Below, piece after piece: positions 18,375 through 27,000 of a DNA stretch of 64,000 nucleotides. The DNA lies in NCBI GenBank assembly GCA_963715465.1, contig OY970246.1, positions 829,969-893,968 on the forward strand, read 5' to 3'. The notes under the pieces are model-generated. The model was not told where the DNA came from, did no database searches, and was given only the letters and a program-made list of their open reading frames with translations. This DNA comes from an uncultured Flavobacteriaceae bacterium (GTDB lineage Bacteria > Bacteroidota > Bacteroidia > Flavobacteriales > Flavobacteriaceae). A program made the translations under genes and the position numbers. Positions within the stretch are counted from its first letter, which is position 1, and each line of letters opens with the position of its first letter.

Positions 18375-19553
18375 TTATTTAAAGGCGTTCAATCCAGTGA
18401 TGTCTAAACCTGTGATCAATAAATGAATGTCGTGGGTGCCTTCGTAGGTGACGACGCTCTCCAGATTCATCATATGTCTCATAATACTATATTCGCCGCT
18501 TATACCCATACCGCCTAACATTTGTCTCGAGTCACGTGCGATGGTCAAGGCCATATCGACATTGTTACGTTTAGCCATTGATATTTGAGCAGAGGTAGCT
18601 GTACCGTTCTCGCGCATGACGCCCAATCTCCAGGCTAATAATTGTGCTTTCGTGATTTCGGTAATCATCTCGGCAAGTTTTTTTTGTTGTAATTGAAATT
18701 GACCAATAGGTTTTCCAAATTGCATACGCTGTTTGCTGTATCTCAAGGCTGTGTCATAACAGTCCATGGCTGCACCAATCGCTCCCCAGGCAATACCAAA
18801 ACGAGCAGAATCCAAGCAACCTAATGGCGCTCCTAACCCAGATTTATTTGGTAATAAATTCTCTTTAGGCACTTTAACATTGTCAAATATAAGCTCACCA
18901 GTAGCAGAGGCTCTCAATGACCATTTGTTATGGGTTTCGGGAGTTGAAAAGCCTTCCATATCGCGTTCTACAATGAGACCGTGAATACGTCCTTCTTCAC
19001 TTTTGGCCCAAACCACCGCGACGTTACAAAACGGAGAATTACTGATCCACATTTTTGCACCATTCAAAAGATAATGGTCACCCTTGTCCTTGAAATTGGT
19101 GGTCATGCCTCCCGGATTTGAACCATGATCGGGTTCGGTCAAACCAAAAGAACCCATCCATTCTCCAGAGGCTAATTTTGGAAGGTATTTTTTACGTTGT
19201 GCCTCGTTACCATATTTCCAAATAGGGTACATCACTAGAGATGATTGAACCGATGCTGTACTTCTTACGCCAGAGTCACCACGTTCAATTTCTTGCATAA
19301 TCAAACCATATGAAATTTGATCCAGTCCTGCGCCACCATATTCTTCTGGGATATATGGCCCAAAAGCGCCAATATCTGCCAATCCTTTTATGATTTGCTT
19401 CGGAAATTCTCCACGTTGTGCATAGTCTTCGATGATTGGAGAAACGTCACGCTTTACCCAATCTCGGGCTGCGTCACGCACTAATTTATGTTCTTCGGTA
19501 AGGAGCTCATCCAAATTATAATAATCTGGAGCTTCGAATAAATCTGGTTTCAT
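18375..19553 (-). CDS. Acyl-CoA dehydrogenase (glutaryl-CoA dehydrogenase-like)
   Basis: ACAD N/M/C domain pattern (FGLTEPDHGSNP, catalytic-base region YEGTHDIH). ATG at 19553 (MKPDLFEAPDYY) is preferred because a -7 box lies inside the longer track ORF. Confidence 0.85.
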   Translation of the reverse strand: MKPDLFEAPDYYNLDELLTEEHKLVRDAARDWVKRDVSPIIEDYAQRGEFPKQIIKGLADIGAFGPYIPEEYGGAGLDQISYGLIMQEIERGDSGVRSTASVQSSLVMYPIWKYGNEAQRKKYLPKLASGEWMGSFGLTEPDHGSNPGGMTTNFKDKGDHYLLNGAKMWISNSPFCNVAVVWAKSEEGRIHGLIVERDMEGFSTPETHNKWSLRASATGELIFDNVKVPKENLLPNKSGLGAPLGCLDSARFGIAWGAIGAAMDCYDTALRYSKQRMQFGKPIGQFQLQQKKLAEMITEITKAQLLAWRLGVMRENGTATSAQISMAKRNNVDMALTIARDSRQMLGGMGISGEYSIMRHMMNLESVVTYEGTHDIHLLITGLDITGLNAFK

Positions 19554-19630
19554 TATCTTAATTATTTTTAGTATTCCAAGATCAAAACGCTGCAAATTTT
19601 TAAAGATCGCTTCGGTTTTTCTTTGAATTA

Positions 19631-19638
19631 CAAAGATA
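19631..19638 (-). promoter_or_regulatory. Candidate -7 box (TATCTTTG on the minus strand) for the acyl-CoA dehydrogenase gene
   Basis: Exact TAnnTTTG match, about 78 nt upstream of the ATG at 19553. Confidence 0.35.
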
Positions 19639-19661
19639 ACGAAAACGTTTGCAGTGCGCAA

Positions 19662-20375
19662 TTACATCTTCAAATAAAAATCTTTGGTAAGTTCAATATA
19701 GTCGTCGGTATAGTGATGACGTGCTGTTTCAATGATTAATTCTGAAGATATGACCTCTGCGCTCACCAATGAAAATTCAATAAGACTTCTTTTAATTTCT
19801 GCGGAAGGATTACCTCTAACATGTGTAATTCGCTTGGGAAACAAACCAACTCTAAACGCTAATTTTGTAAATCGAACTTCTTCGGAAAACGGAATAACGA
19901 CCGAAAAAACCCCTTGCTCAGAAAGTAGATCAACCACAGATTCTAACAAATGCTTAAATGGCATAGCATCTTGAAATCGAGCGAGATCACGCTGGCTGTT
20001 GTCGGTTTTATAATCTTCGGAAAAGAATGGCGGATTACAAACAATCAAATCATAAGTATCATCAATCTCATTGACAAACTCTTCTAGCGAGGCATGATAG
20101 CAAAATAAGCGGTCGTTCCAACCCGATTGCTCAAAATTATCTACACATTGTTCGAAAGCCTGATCATCAATCTCAAGCGCTTCGATAATTTCTGCGTGAC
20201 ATCGTTGCGCCATCATGAGCGCCAAAATGCCGGTTCCTGCGCCAATATCCAATACCGAAAATGGATTCGTCTCAACCGACGTCCAAGCACCAAGCAAGAC
20301 CCCATCGGTCCCAATTTTCATGGCGCATTGGTCTTGGCCAACCGAAAATTGCTTGAATTCAAAATTCTTATTCAT
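19662..20375 (-). CDS. SAM-dependent N6-adenine methyltransferase, tRNA1(Val) m6A37 (YfiC/TrmN6)-like
   Basis: VLDIGAGTG SAM motif and a CNPPFF catalytic motif. Confidence 0.7.
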   Translation of the reverse strand: MNKNFEFKQFSVGQDQCAMKIGTDGVLLGAWTSVETNPFSVLDIGAGTGILALMMAQRCHAEIIEALEIDDQAFEQCVDNFEQSGWNDRLFCYHASLEEFVNEIDDTYDLIVCNPPFFSEDYKTDNSQRDLARFQDAMPFKHLLESVVDLLSEQGVFSVVIPFSEEVRFTKLAFRVGLFPKRITHVRGNPSAEIKRSLIEFSLVSAEVISSELIIETARHHYTDDYIELTKDFYLKM

Positions 20376-20418
20376 GAGATCTAAAAGTTCGTTCCATTGG
20401 TAAGTATTTAGGACGGGA

Positions 20419-20949
20419 TTATTCCTCTAAATATAAATCAATCAAACCTTCAGGTGTATCGACATGAATGACCTTATTTTTCTTGTCAACCTTCGAAATG
20501 AACTCGTCGTTCATTGGTATTAAAATTTCAATCCCATCCCTGTCAATTTCAAAAAGAGATTGCGCTGTAGAATCGTTGATGGCTTTGATGATGCCAACAA
20601 ATCCAAAGTTCTTGTCTTCGACTTTATAACCTATGATTTCATGAAAATAAAACTTGTCCTCGTCAAGTTTTGGTAAAAACTCAAGCGGTAAATAAAGTCC
20701 GCTTTTCATAAGAGCGTCGGCATCGGCTTCAGTATCGACATCTTCAAACTTAACCCGAAGTAATTCTGATTTGTGCAGTTGCGACGCTTCAATAAAGAAA
20801 GGCACCAAATTATTGCGTACCTCTATAAATACCGAATCCATGTGTTCATAAAGTTCTGGCTCATCGGTATCTAGTTTGACGAGCAATTCACCCTTGAAAC
20901 TGTATTTTTTTACGATTTTACCAAGAAAGAAGCAGTCTTTTTTATTCAT
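20419..20949 (-). CDS. rimM: 16S rRNA processing protein RimM
   Basis: RimM N-terminal and PRC-barrel pattern, 176 aa, located downstream of rpsP. Confidence 0.8.
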   Translation of the reverse strand: MNKKDCFFLGKIVKKYSFKGELLVKLDTDEPELYEHMDSVFIEVRNNLVPFFIEASQLHKSELLRVKFEDVDTEADADALMKSGLYLPLEFLPKLDEDKFYFHEIIGYKVEDKNFGFVGIIKAINDSTAQSLFEIDRDGIEILIPMNDEFISKVDKKNKVIHVDTPEGLIDLYLEE

Positions 20950-21041
20950 AATCTAGATTAGTTACAAATTAGTGCAGTCAAAATTTCATGTTATAGTAAT
21001 GCGAGGTCTCAACTGCGGTCGGCCTGACATCAAGGGAATTC

Positions 21042-21071
21042 AAAAAAAAACCCAGACCTTAAAAGTCTGGG
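21042..21071 (-). terminator. Intrinsic terminator or attenuator between rpsP and rimM
   Basis: CCCAGAC-loop-GTCTGGG hairpin followed on the minus strand by a 9-T run. Confidence 0.65.
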
Positions 21072-21095
21072 TTTAAAAGTATAAAAAATAAATTT

Positions 21096-21629
21096 CTATT
21101 CTTCTTCATTTGTAGCGGCAACTTCACCTTCTGCTTTAGGCTCTTCAGTAGTTTCTTCAGTAACCTCAGCTTCTTCAACAACAGGAGCTGCAGCAGCGAT
21201 TCTAGCTTCATTCACTGCTTTTTCGGCTGCTAAGGCATCAGCTTTCGCTTTGGCTTGAGCTTCAGATAAACCAGCTTCTTTAGTTTGTACCTTATCCGCT
21301 TTTTGTTCTAACCAAGCGTTGAATTTTTCGTCAGCTTGTTCTTCGGTCAAAGCGCCTTTAGCAACACCACCAGCTAGGTGGTTTTTAAGCATCGCACCTT
21401 TATAAGATAAAATAGCTCTGGCTGTGTCAGTTGGTTGAGCACCATTTTGTAACCATTGTACTGCTCCGTCAAGATTTAATTCTATCGTTGCAGGGTTTGT
21501 GTTTGGATTGTAAGCACCTAATTTCTCTAAGTATTTACCATCTCTTGTTGCTCTTGCATCTGCGGCAACAATCCAGTAATAAGGTTTTCCTTTTTTACCG
21601 TGTCTTTGTAATCTAATTTTTACAGGCAT
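21096..21629 (-). CDS. rpsP: 30S ribosomal protein S16 with an Ala/Glu/Lys-rich C-terminal extension
   Basis: MPVKIRLQRHGKKGKPYYWIV is the canonical S16 N-terminus. ATG at 21629 is preferred; the longer track ORF contains the promoter box. Confidence 0.95.
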   Translation of the reverse strand: MPVKIRLQRHGKKGKPYYWIVAADARATRDGKYLEKLGAYNPNTNPATIELNLDGAVQWLQNGAQPTDTARAILSYKGAMLKNHLAGGVAKGALTEEQADEKFNAWLEQKADKVQTKEAGLSEAQAKAKADALAAEKAVNEARIAAAAPVVEEAEVTEETTEEPKAEGEVAATNEEE

Positions 21630-21677
21630 ATGTTTAATTAATTTGCGAGGTACGCGATCTCTATTATTAATGAGGCG

Positions 21678-21685
21678 CAAAGATA
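21678..21685 (-). promoter_or_regulatory. Candidate -7 box (TATCTTTG on the minus strand) for rpsP
   Basis: Exact TAnnTTTG match, about 49 nt upstream of the ATG at 21629. Confidence 0.4.
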
Positions 21686-21978
21686 CTACAATTATTTAAT
21701 TCACAATGTTTTATTTAACGTTAAGTAGGTGTGTGTTTCTAGTTCTCAATTTATTCATATAGAGATAGTGATGTATGATTCATGTTTTAAATGACGCCAG
21801 TTTTTAATCAGGTCAATTAAAAAGGGTTGCGAAAACATTATTTTGATAAAATTTATTCTAGAATAAAAGGTGAAAAAGTGCGTTTTGTAATGGGAATCCC
21901 AAACATTAAATGATATAATTATACTATATTTAACCCAAAAAAAATTTGCCTCATGTGAAGAGCAATAAAATCAAAGCA

Positions 21979-23193
21979 ATGAAAAGAATAGCTATACTTT
22001 TAGTAACTGTTTTAACGTTAGTGAGTTGTGGTGATGAAGTTGAGTTCAATTCGCCCGGATTTCAAGGTGACAGAGAATACGGACTTTGGAAAGCGGAGTT
22101 TACAAGTGCCTCAATCAATGAAAATGGTTTCTTAACAATTACCGCTGGAAATAATGTGGAGACGGTATCCTTGACAATTCCTTCGGTAGCCGTTGGAACT
22201 TATGTTTTAGGCGATGTCGATTCTATGGAGGGGCGTTATGTAAGTGCAAACGGTACCATATTTTCCACAAATAATAGACCAGATCCTAGCGTTTCTATCT
22301 ACCCTGAGTATGGTTTTGTAAAATTGGATGAGATTAGCAATAATACTTTTACGGGTACTTTTGAATTTTTAGCTTTCGATGAATCAGGATTAAATTCCAT
22401 AAGCTATAATGTTGGTGTATTTTTCAGGGTGCCTTTAGTTTCGGGAGCTATACCAGCAGTAGTGATCACATGTGAAGACACCGAAGCATTGGTCACACAA
22501 ACAAGAACGGCCTATTTAGCCTCTTTTGCGTCATCATTAGAGTATGTCGACCAAGCAGCCTTTTCTACAACATGTCAAGCGTATGACGACGCGCTTGCTG
22601 TTAAAGCCAGTTATTGTGGCGATGTTGACGGCGAGATTTCTGAAATTATATCGAGTTTAGAAGAATGCGAATTTCGATGTGAGTTTGCCGAACGAAACAG
22701 AACGAGCGCTCAAACAACTTTTGAAACTGCCACAATTGGTAATTATAGTGTTGAATGTGAAAATTATACATTTTATCTGCAAGAGTTTTTACAATTTTGT
22801 TCTGACGACGAGGACGGCAGCGCTCAAGCGATCCTTGATGATTTAGATTGTGGTGATAATGATACTGATGGCATACCAAACATTTTTGAAAATTTTAATG
22901 GTGATATTGATGGCAATTTAGATGATGATGATACTGATGGTGACGACATACCAAATTATCTAGATGACGATGATGATGGCGATGGCATTTTAACGATCAA
23001 TGAAGCTAAGGATGAAAACGGTAATCCGATTGATTCTGACGGTGATGGTCAAGTAGACTACTTAGACGATGACGACGACGGCGATGGTATTTTAACTATA
23101 AACGAAGACGCCGACCCAAATGGCGATGGGAATCCAGATGATGCTTTAGATACCGATGGCGATGGTATTCCAGATTATCTTGACGATATGTAA
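21979..23193 (+). CDS. Lipoprotein with a C-terminal array of thrombospondin type 3-like Ca-binding repeats
   Basis: Lipobox LVSCGDE. The C-terminus has repeated DxDxDGxxDxxD units ([13 protein letters not shown]) and an internal duplication [14 protein letters not shown] x2. Confidence 0.7.
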   Translation: MKRIAILLVTVLTLVSCGDEVEFNSPGFQGDREYGLWKAEFTSASINENGFLTITAGNNVETVSLTIPSVAVGTYVLGDVDSMEGRYVSANGTIFSTNNRPDPSVSIYPEYGFVKLDEISNNTFTGTFEFLAFDESGLNSISYNVGVFFRVPLVSGAIPAVVITCEDTEALVTQTRTAYLASFASSLEYVDQAAFSTTCQAYDDALAVKASYCGDVDGEISEIISSLEECEFRCEFAERNRTSAQTTFETATIGNYSVECENYTFYLQEFLQFCSDDEDGSAQAILDDLDCGDNDTDGIPNIFENFNGDIDGNLDDDDTDGDDIPNYLDDDDDGDGILTINEAKDENGNPIDSDGDGQVDYLDDDDDGDGILTINEDADPNGDGNPDDALDTDGDGIPDYLDDM

Positions 23194-23219
23194 GACATAC
23201 ATTATTTTTAATAATCTAG

Positions 23220-23246
23220 CCCAAGCCATCGTGCTTGGGTTTTTTG
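23220..23246 (+). terminator. Intrinsic terminator after the TSP3-repeat lipoprotein gene
   Basis: CCCAAGC-loop-GCTTGGG followed by TTTTTTG. Confidence 0.7.
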
Positions 23247-23382
23247 TTAAAATCTTTTAAGATTTTGTTAAAGGCGTTAAATTTTTTGATGGTTCACAGG
23301 TTTTTTAATATCCTCTTGGAGTGTGATGTGAAACAATACGCATCCCAAAAAAAAGTATTGAAATTTAAATGTAAAAGACAAC

Positions 23383-23832
23383 ATGAAGTATTCAGAAGAA
23401 ATTTCAAATAAATTGAATCAACTACTAGTAAAAAATTATGATGCCGAAAAAGGATATCTTAACGCCTTGAATAATGTGGATAGCGATTAATTAAAAATGT
23501 TTTTTAAGCGTCGCGCATCAGAAAGAAGTGAATTTGCAAAAGAACTAAGAACTGAAATTTTACAATATGGAGAAATTCCAGAAGATTCAGGAACTTTTAA
23601 AGGATCAATGCATCGCAACTGGATGAGTTTAAAGGCGACGTTCAGTTCAAATAATGAAGCGGTTATACTAGAAGAAGCCATTCGTGGTGAAGAAGCTAGT
23701 TTAGAAGAATATAACGATTTGATAAAAGAACGAAACTTGCCGCCAAGTATAGATTCATTGTTGGTAAAACATAAACAGGCTATAGTATCGGCCATAAATA
23801 CCGAGAAAGTTCATGAAGAACTTGTATCGTAA
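23383..23832 (+). pseudogene. DUF2383 (PA2169-type four-helix-bundle) protein gene interrupted by an in-frame TAA
   Basis: ATG at 23383 gives MKYSEEISNKLNQLLVKNYDAEKGYLNALNNVDSD, then a TAA at 23488-23490. The same frame continues LKMFFKRRASERSEF... (track ORF 23497..23832). The upstream piece carries the conserved helix-1 DAEKGY motif. Confidence 0.65.
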
Positions 23833-23852
23833 TACCTATAAAACTAAATGGA

Positions 23853-23881
23853 AGTCAGCTTGAAAAAGCTGGCTTTTTTTT
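23853..23881 (+). terminator. Intrinsic terminator after the DUF2383 gene
   Basis: AGTCAGCTT-GAAA-AAGCTGGCT hairpin (GNRA loop) followed by a T run. Confidence 0.7.
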
Positions 23882-24015
23882 GTTTAAAACTGTTTATAAC
23901 TTCGCCTAATAAAAAAATAGTTTCTTCGTAATTTTAGAGACTAAATTAATATTAAGGAAACCTATTTTGGGTAACCATTTTTTTCCCTTTGGGGACATTA
24001 AAAGGGACTATTTTT

Positions 24016-27000
24016 ATGTATTTAATCTTCGATACCGAAACCACAGGATTACCAAAACGTTGGGATGCTCCAATCACAGATATCGATAACTGGCCAAGAT
24101 GTATCCAGATTGCATGGCAATTGCATGACAAGATGGGCAACTGTATCGAGCATCAAGATTATTTGGTAAAACCAGATGGCTTTAACATTCCCTATGATGC
24201 CGAAAAAATTCATGGGATTTCTACGGAATTGGCTCAAGAACAGGGCGAGCCACTTTCTGAAGTTTTAGAGAAATTTAACGCAGCGCTGTCAAAGACCAAA
24301 TTTGTAGTAGGTCAAAACGTGAAATTTGACCTCAATATTATGGGAGCCGAATTTGTAAGAGAAGCGGTCGTCAATCCCTTACAGGAACTGCCTGTTTTGG
24401 ATACGTGTACAGAACATACCGCGCAGCTTTGTCAAATTCCGGGTGGACGTGGCGGGAAGTTTAAATTACCAACACTTACAGAGCTACATCAATTTTTATT
24501 TAGCAAACCGTTTTCTGAAGCACACAACGCAACTGCCGATGTGGAGGCAACGACGCGCTGCTTTTTTGAATTGATCCGTTTGGGAGAGTTTACCAAAGCG
24601 CAGTTAGATGTCGCACCCGATTATTTTCAGAATTTCAGGGAAGAACATCCACAAACCATTCAGCTTATTGGCCTAAAGCACATCAATCTTAAAAAGGAGA
24701 GTGCCAAGATCAATAAACGACTGCAAGCCTTACAGGTTGATGATATTTCCGAAGAAGACATTAAAGAGAATATCTCTGATCTTAAAGATGCAGAATTTGT
24801 TCATTTACACAATCACTCGCAGTTTTCGGTGTTGCAATCGACAATTAGTATTACCGATTTAGTTGCGGTCGCTGCAGAACATGATATGCCAGCCGTGGCG
24901 TTGACCGATCATGCCAATATGATGGGTGCTTTCCATTTTGTGAAAGCGGTGAGCAATCACAATAAAGGAATCCAATCTAAAATCAAGGAAGCCGATGAGA
25001 AAGGGGAAACGCATCATTTAAAAGAAATCAAACCCATTTTAGGGTGTGAGTTTTTTGTTTGTGAAAACCATACCGATAAAACCCGCAAGGACAATGGTTA
25101 CCAAATTGTCTTGATTGCCAAGAATAAAAAAGGCTACCATAATTTGGCGAAATTATCGTCTCATGCCTTTGTTGACGGATTTTATTACCTCCCAAGAATC
25201 GATAAAAAACTTATCGAGCACTACAAAGAAGATTTAATTTGCCTTACCGGAAATCTCTACGGCGAAGTACCGAGTAAAATTTTGAATGTTGGCGAAAACC
25301 AAGCTGAAGAAGCACTTATTTGGTGGAAAGAGGCGTTTGGCGACGACTTGTACGTTGAATTGATGCGCCACAATCAAGAGGACGAAAATCGTGTAAATCC
25401 TGTACTTATAAGTCTCGCTCAAAAGCACGACGTGAAATTAATTGCGACTAACAATACCTATTACTGCAAACAAAATGATGCGAACGCCCACGATATTTTG
25501 TTGTGTGTAAAAGATGGCGAAAAGCAAGCGACACCAATTGGTCGCGGTCGAGGTTATCGTTATGGATTGCCAAACCAGGACTATTATTTTAAGTCTTCGG
25601 AAGAGATGAAGGCGCTTTTTAGGGATCTGCCCGAAGCGATTATAAACATTCAAGAGGTTGTTGACAAGGTCGAGCCTTTTGAGTTGGCACGTGATGTGTT
25701 GTTGCCAGCTTTTGATATCCCGAAAGAATTTGAGGATTTGGCCGATCTTGCCGATAGTGGAAAGCGCGGTGAGAATGCCTATCTACGTCATTTAACTTAT
25801 GAAGGCGCCAAAAAACGCTATCCAGATCTTACCGATGAGATCAAGGAACGTCTCGATTTTGAGTTGAGTGTTATCGAGAATACTGGCTATCCAGGGTATT
25901 TTTTGATTGTTGAGGATTTTATTAGGGAAGCCCGAAATATGGATGTCTCGGTTGGTCCAGGTCGTGGGTCGGCAGCAGGCTCTGTGGTGGCTTATTGCTT
26001 GTGGATCACCAATATTGATCCGCTCAAGTACGATTTGCTTTTTGAGCGTTTTTTAAATCCAGATCGTGTGAGCATGCCAGATATTGATATTGATTTTGAT
26101 GATGAGGGTCGAAGTCGCGTCATGGATTATGTGATCAACAAATATGGTAAAAATCAGGTGGCTCAAATTATTACCTACGGAACGATGGCCGCCAAATCCT
26201 CGATTCGTGACACCGCAAGAGTATTGGATCTGCCGTTGTTTGAAGCCGATCGTATTGCGAAGTTGATTCCTACGATGTCTAAACTGAATAAGATTTTTGG
26301 CCTTTCGGAAAAAGAATTGGGGAGTAAATTTAGAGCCGAAGATTTAGAGAAAGTCAACGAACTACTAAATATTGCCGATGGTGAAGGCTTAGATGCCGAA
26401 ACCGTGAATTTGGCGAGATCGCTGGAAGGCTCTGTAAGAAATACGGGAATTCATGCTTGTGGCGTGATCATAACGCCAGATGATATTACGAAGTTCGTTC
26501 CGGTCGCTTTGGCAAAAGATTCAGATTTGTATGTTACACAGTTTGATAACTCGGTGGTTGAAGATGCTGGATTGCTTAAAATGGATTTCTTGGGCTTAAA
26601 AACCTTAACGCTAATTAAGGATACGGTTAAAATTGTCAAGGCAAAGCACGATATACTGTTAGATCCCGATACCTTTCCGTTAGATGACGAAAAAACCTAT
26701 GAGTTGTTTCAAAAAGGTGAAACCGTAGGTGTGTTTCAGTATGAATCTCCAGGGATGCAAAAACATCTTAAGGACTTAAAGCCTACTGTTTTTGAGGATT
26801 TAATCGCGATGAACGCACTCTATCGTCCAGGACCTATGGAGTATATCCCGAGTTTCGTACGCCGTAAACATGGTGATGAGGATATTGAATATGATTTACC
26901 AGCTATGGAAGAGTATCTCAAGGAAACCTATGGGATTACCGTCTATCAAGAGCAAGTGATGTTGCTCTCTCAAAAGTTGGCCGACTTTACCAAAGGTGAG

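Noticed and set aside
19554-19661. N-terminal extensions of track ORFs: the acd gene here, and also tyrS 1296, apbC 11910, nfu 13106, DUF4198 17367, rpsP 21680, lipoprotein 21946, dnaE 23989, GH 36907, blaI 42488, porin 49386 and hemW 50740.
   Set aside because: In each case an internal ATG gives the canonical family N-terminus or a proper signal peptide. In several cases a TAnnTTTG promoter box lies inside the extension. Starts were trimmed accordingly.
21096-21400. The Ala/Glu/Lys-rich C-terminal extension of S16 as a novelty.
   Set aside because: To my knowledge, extended S16 proteins of ~180 aa are the norm in Bacteroidota, so this is a lineage trait rather than a finding.
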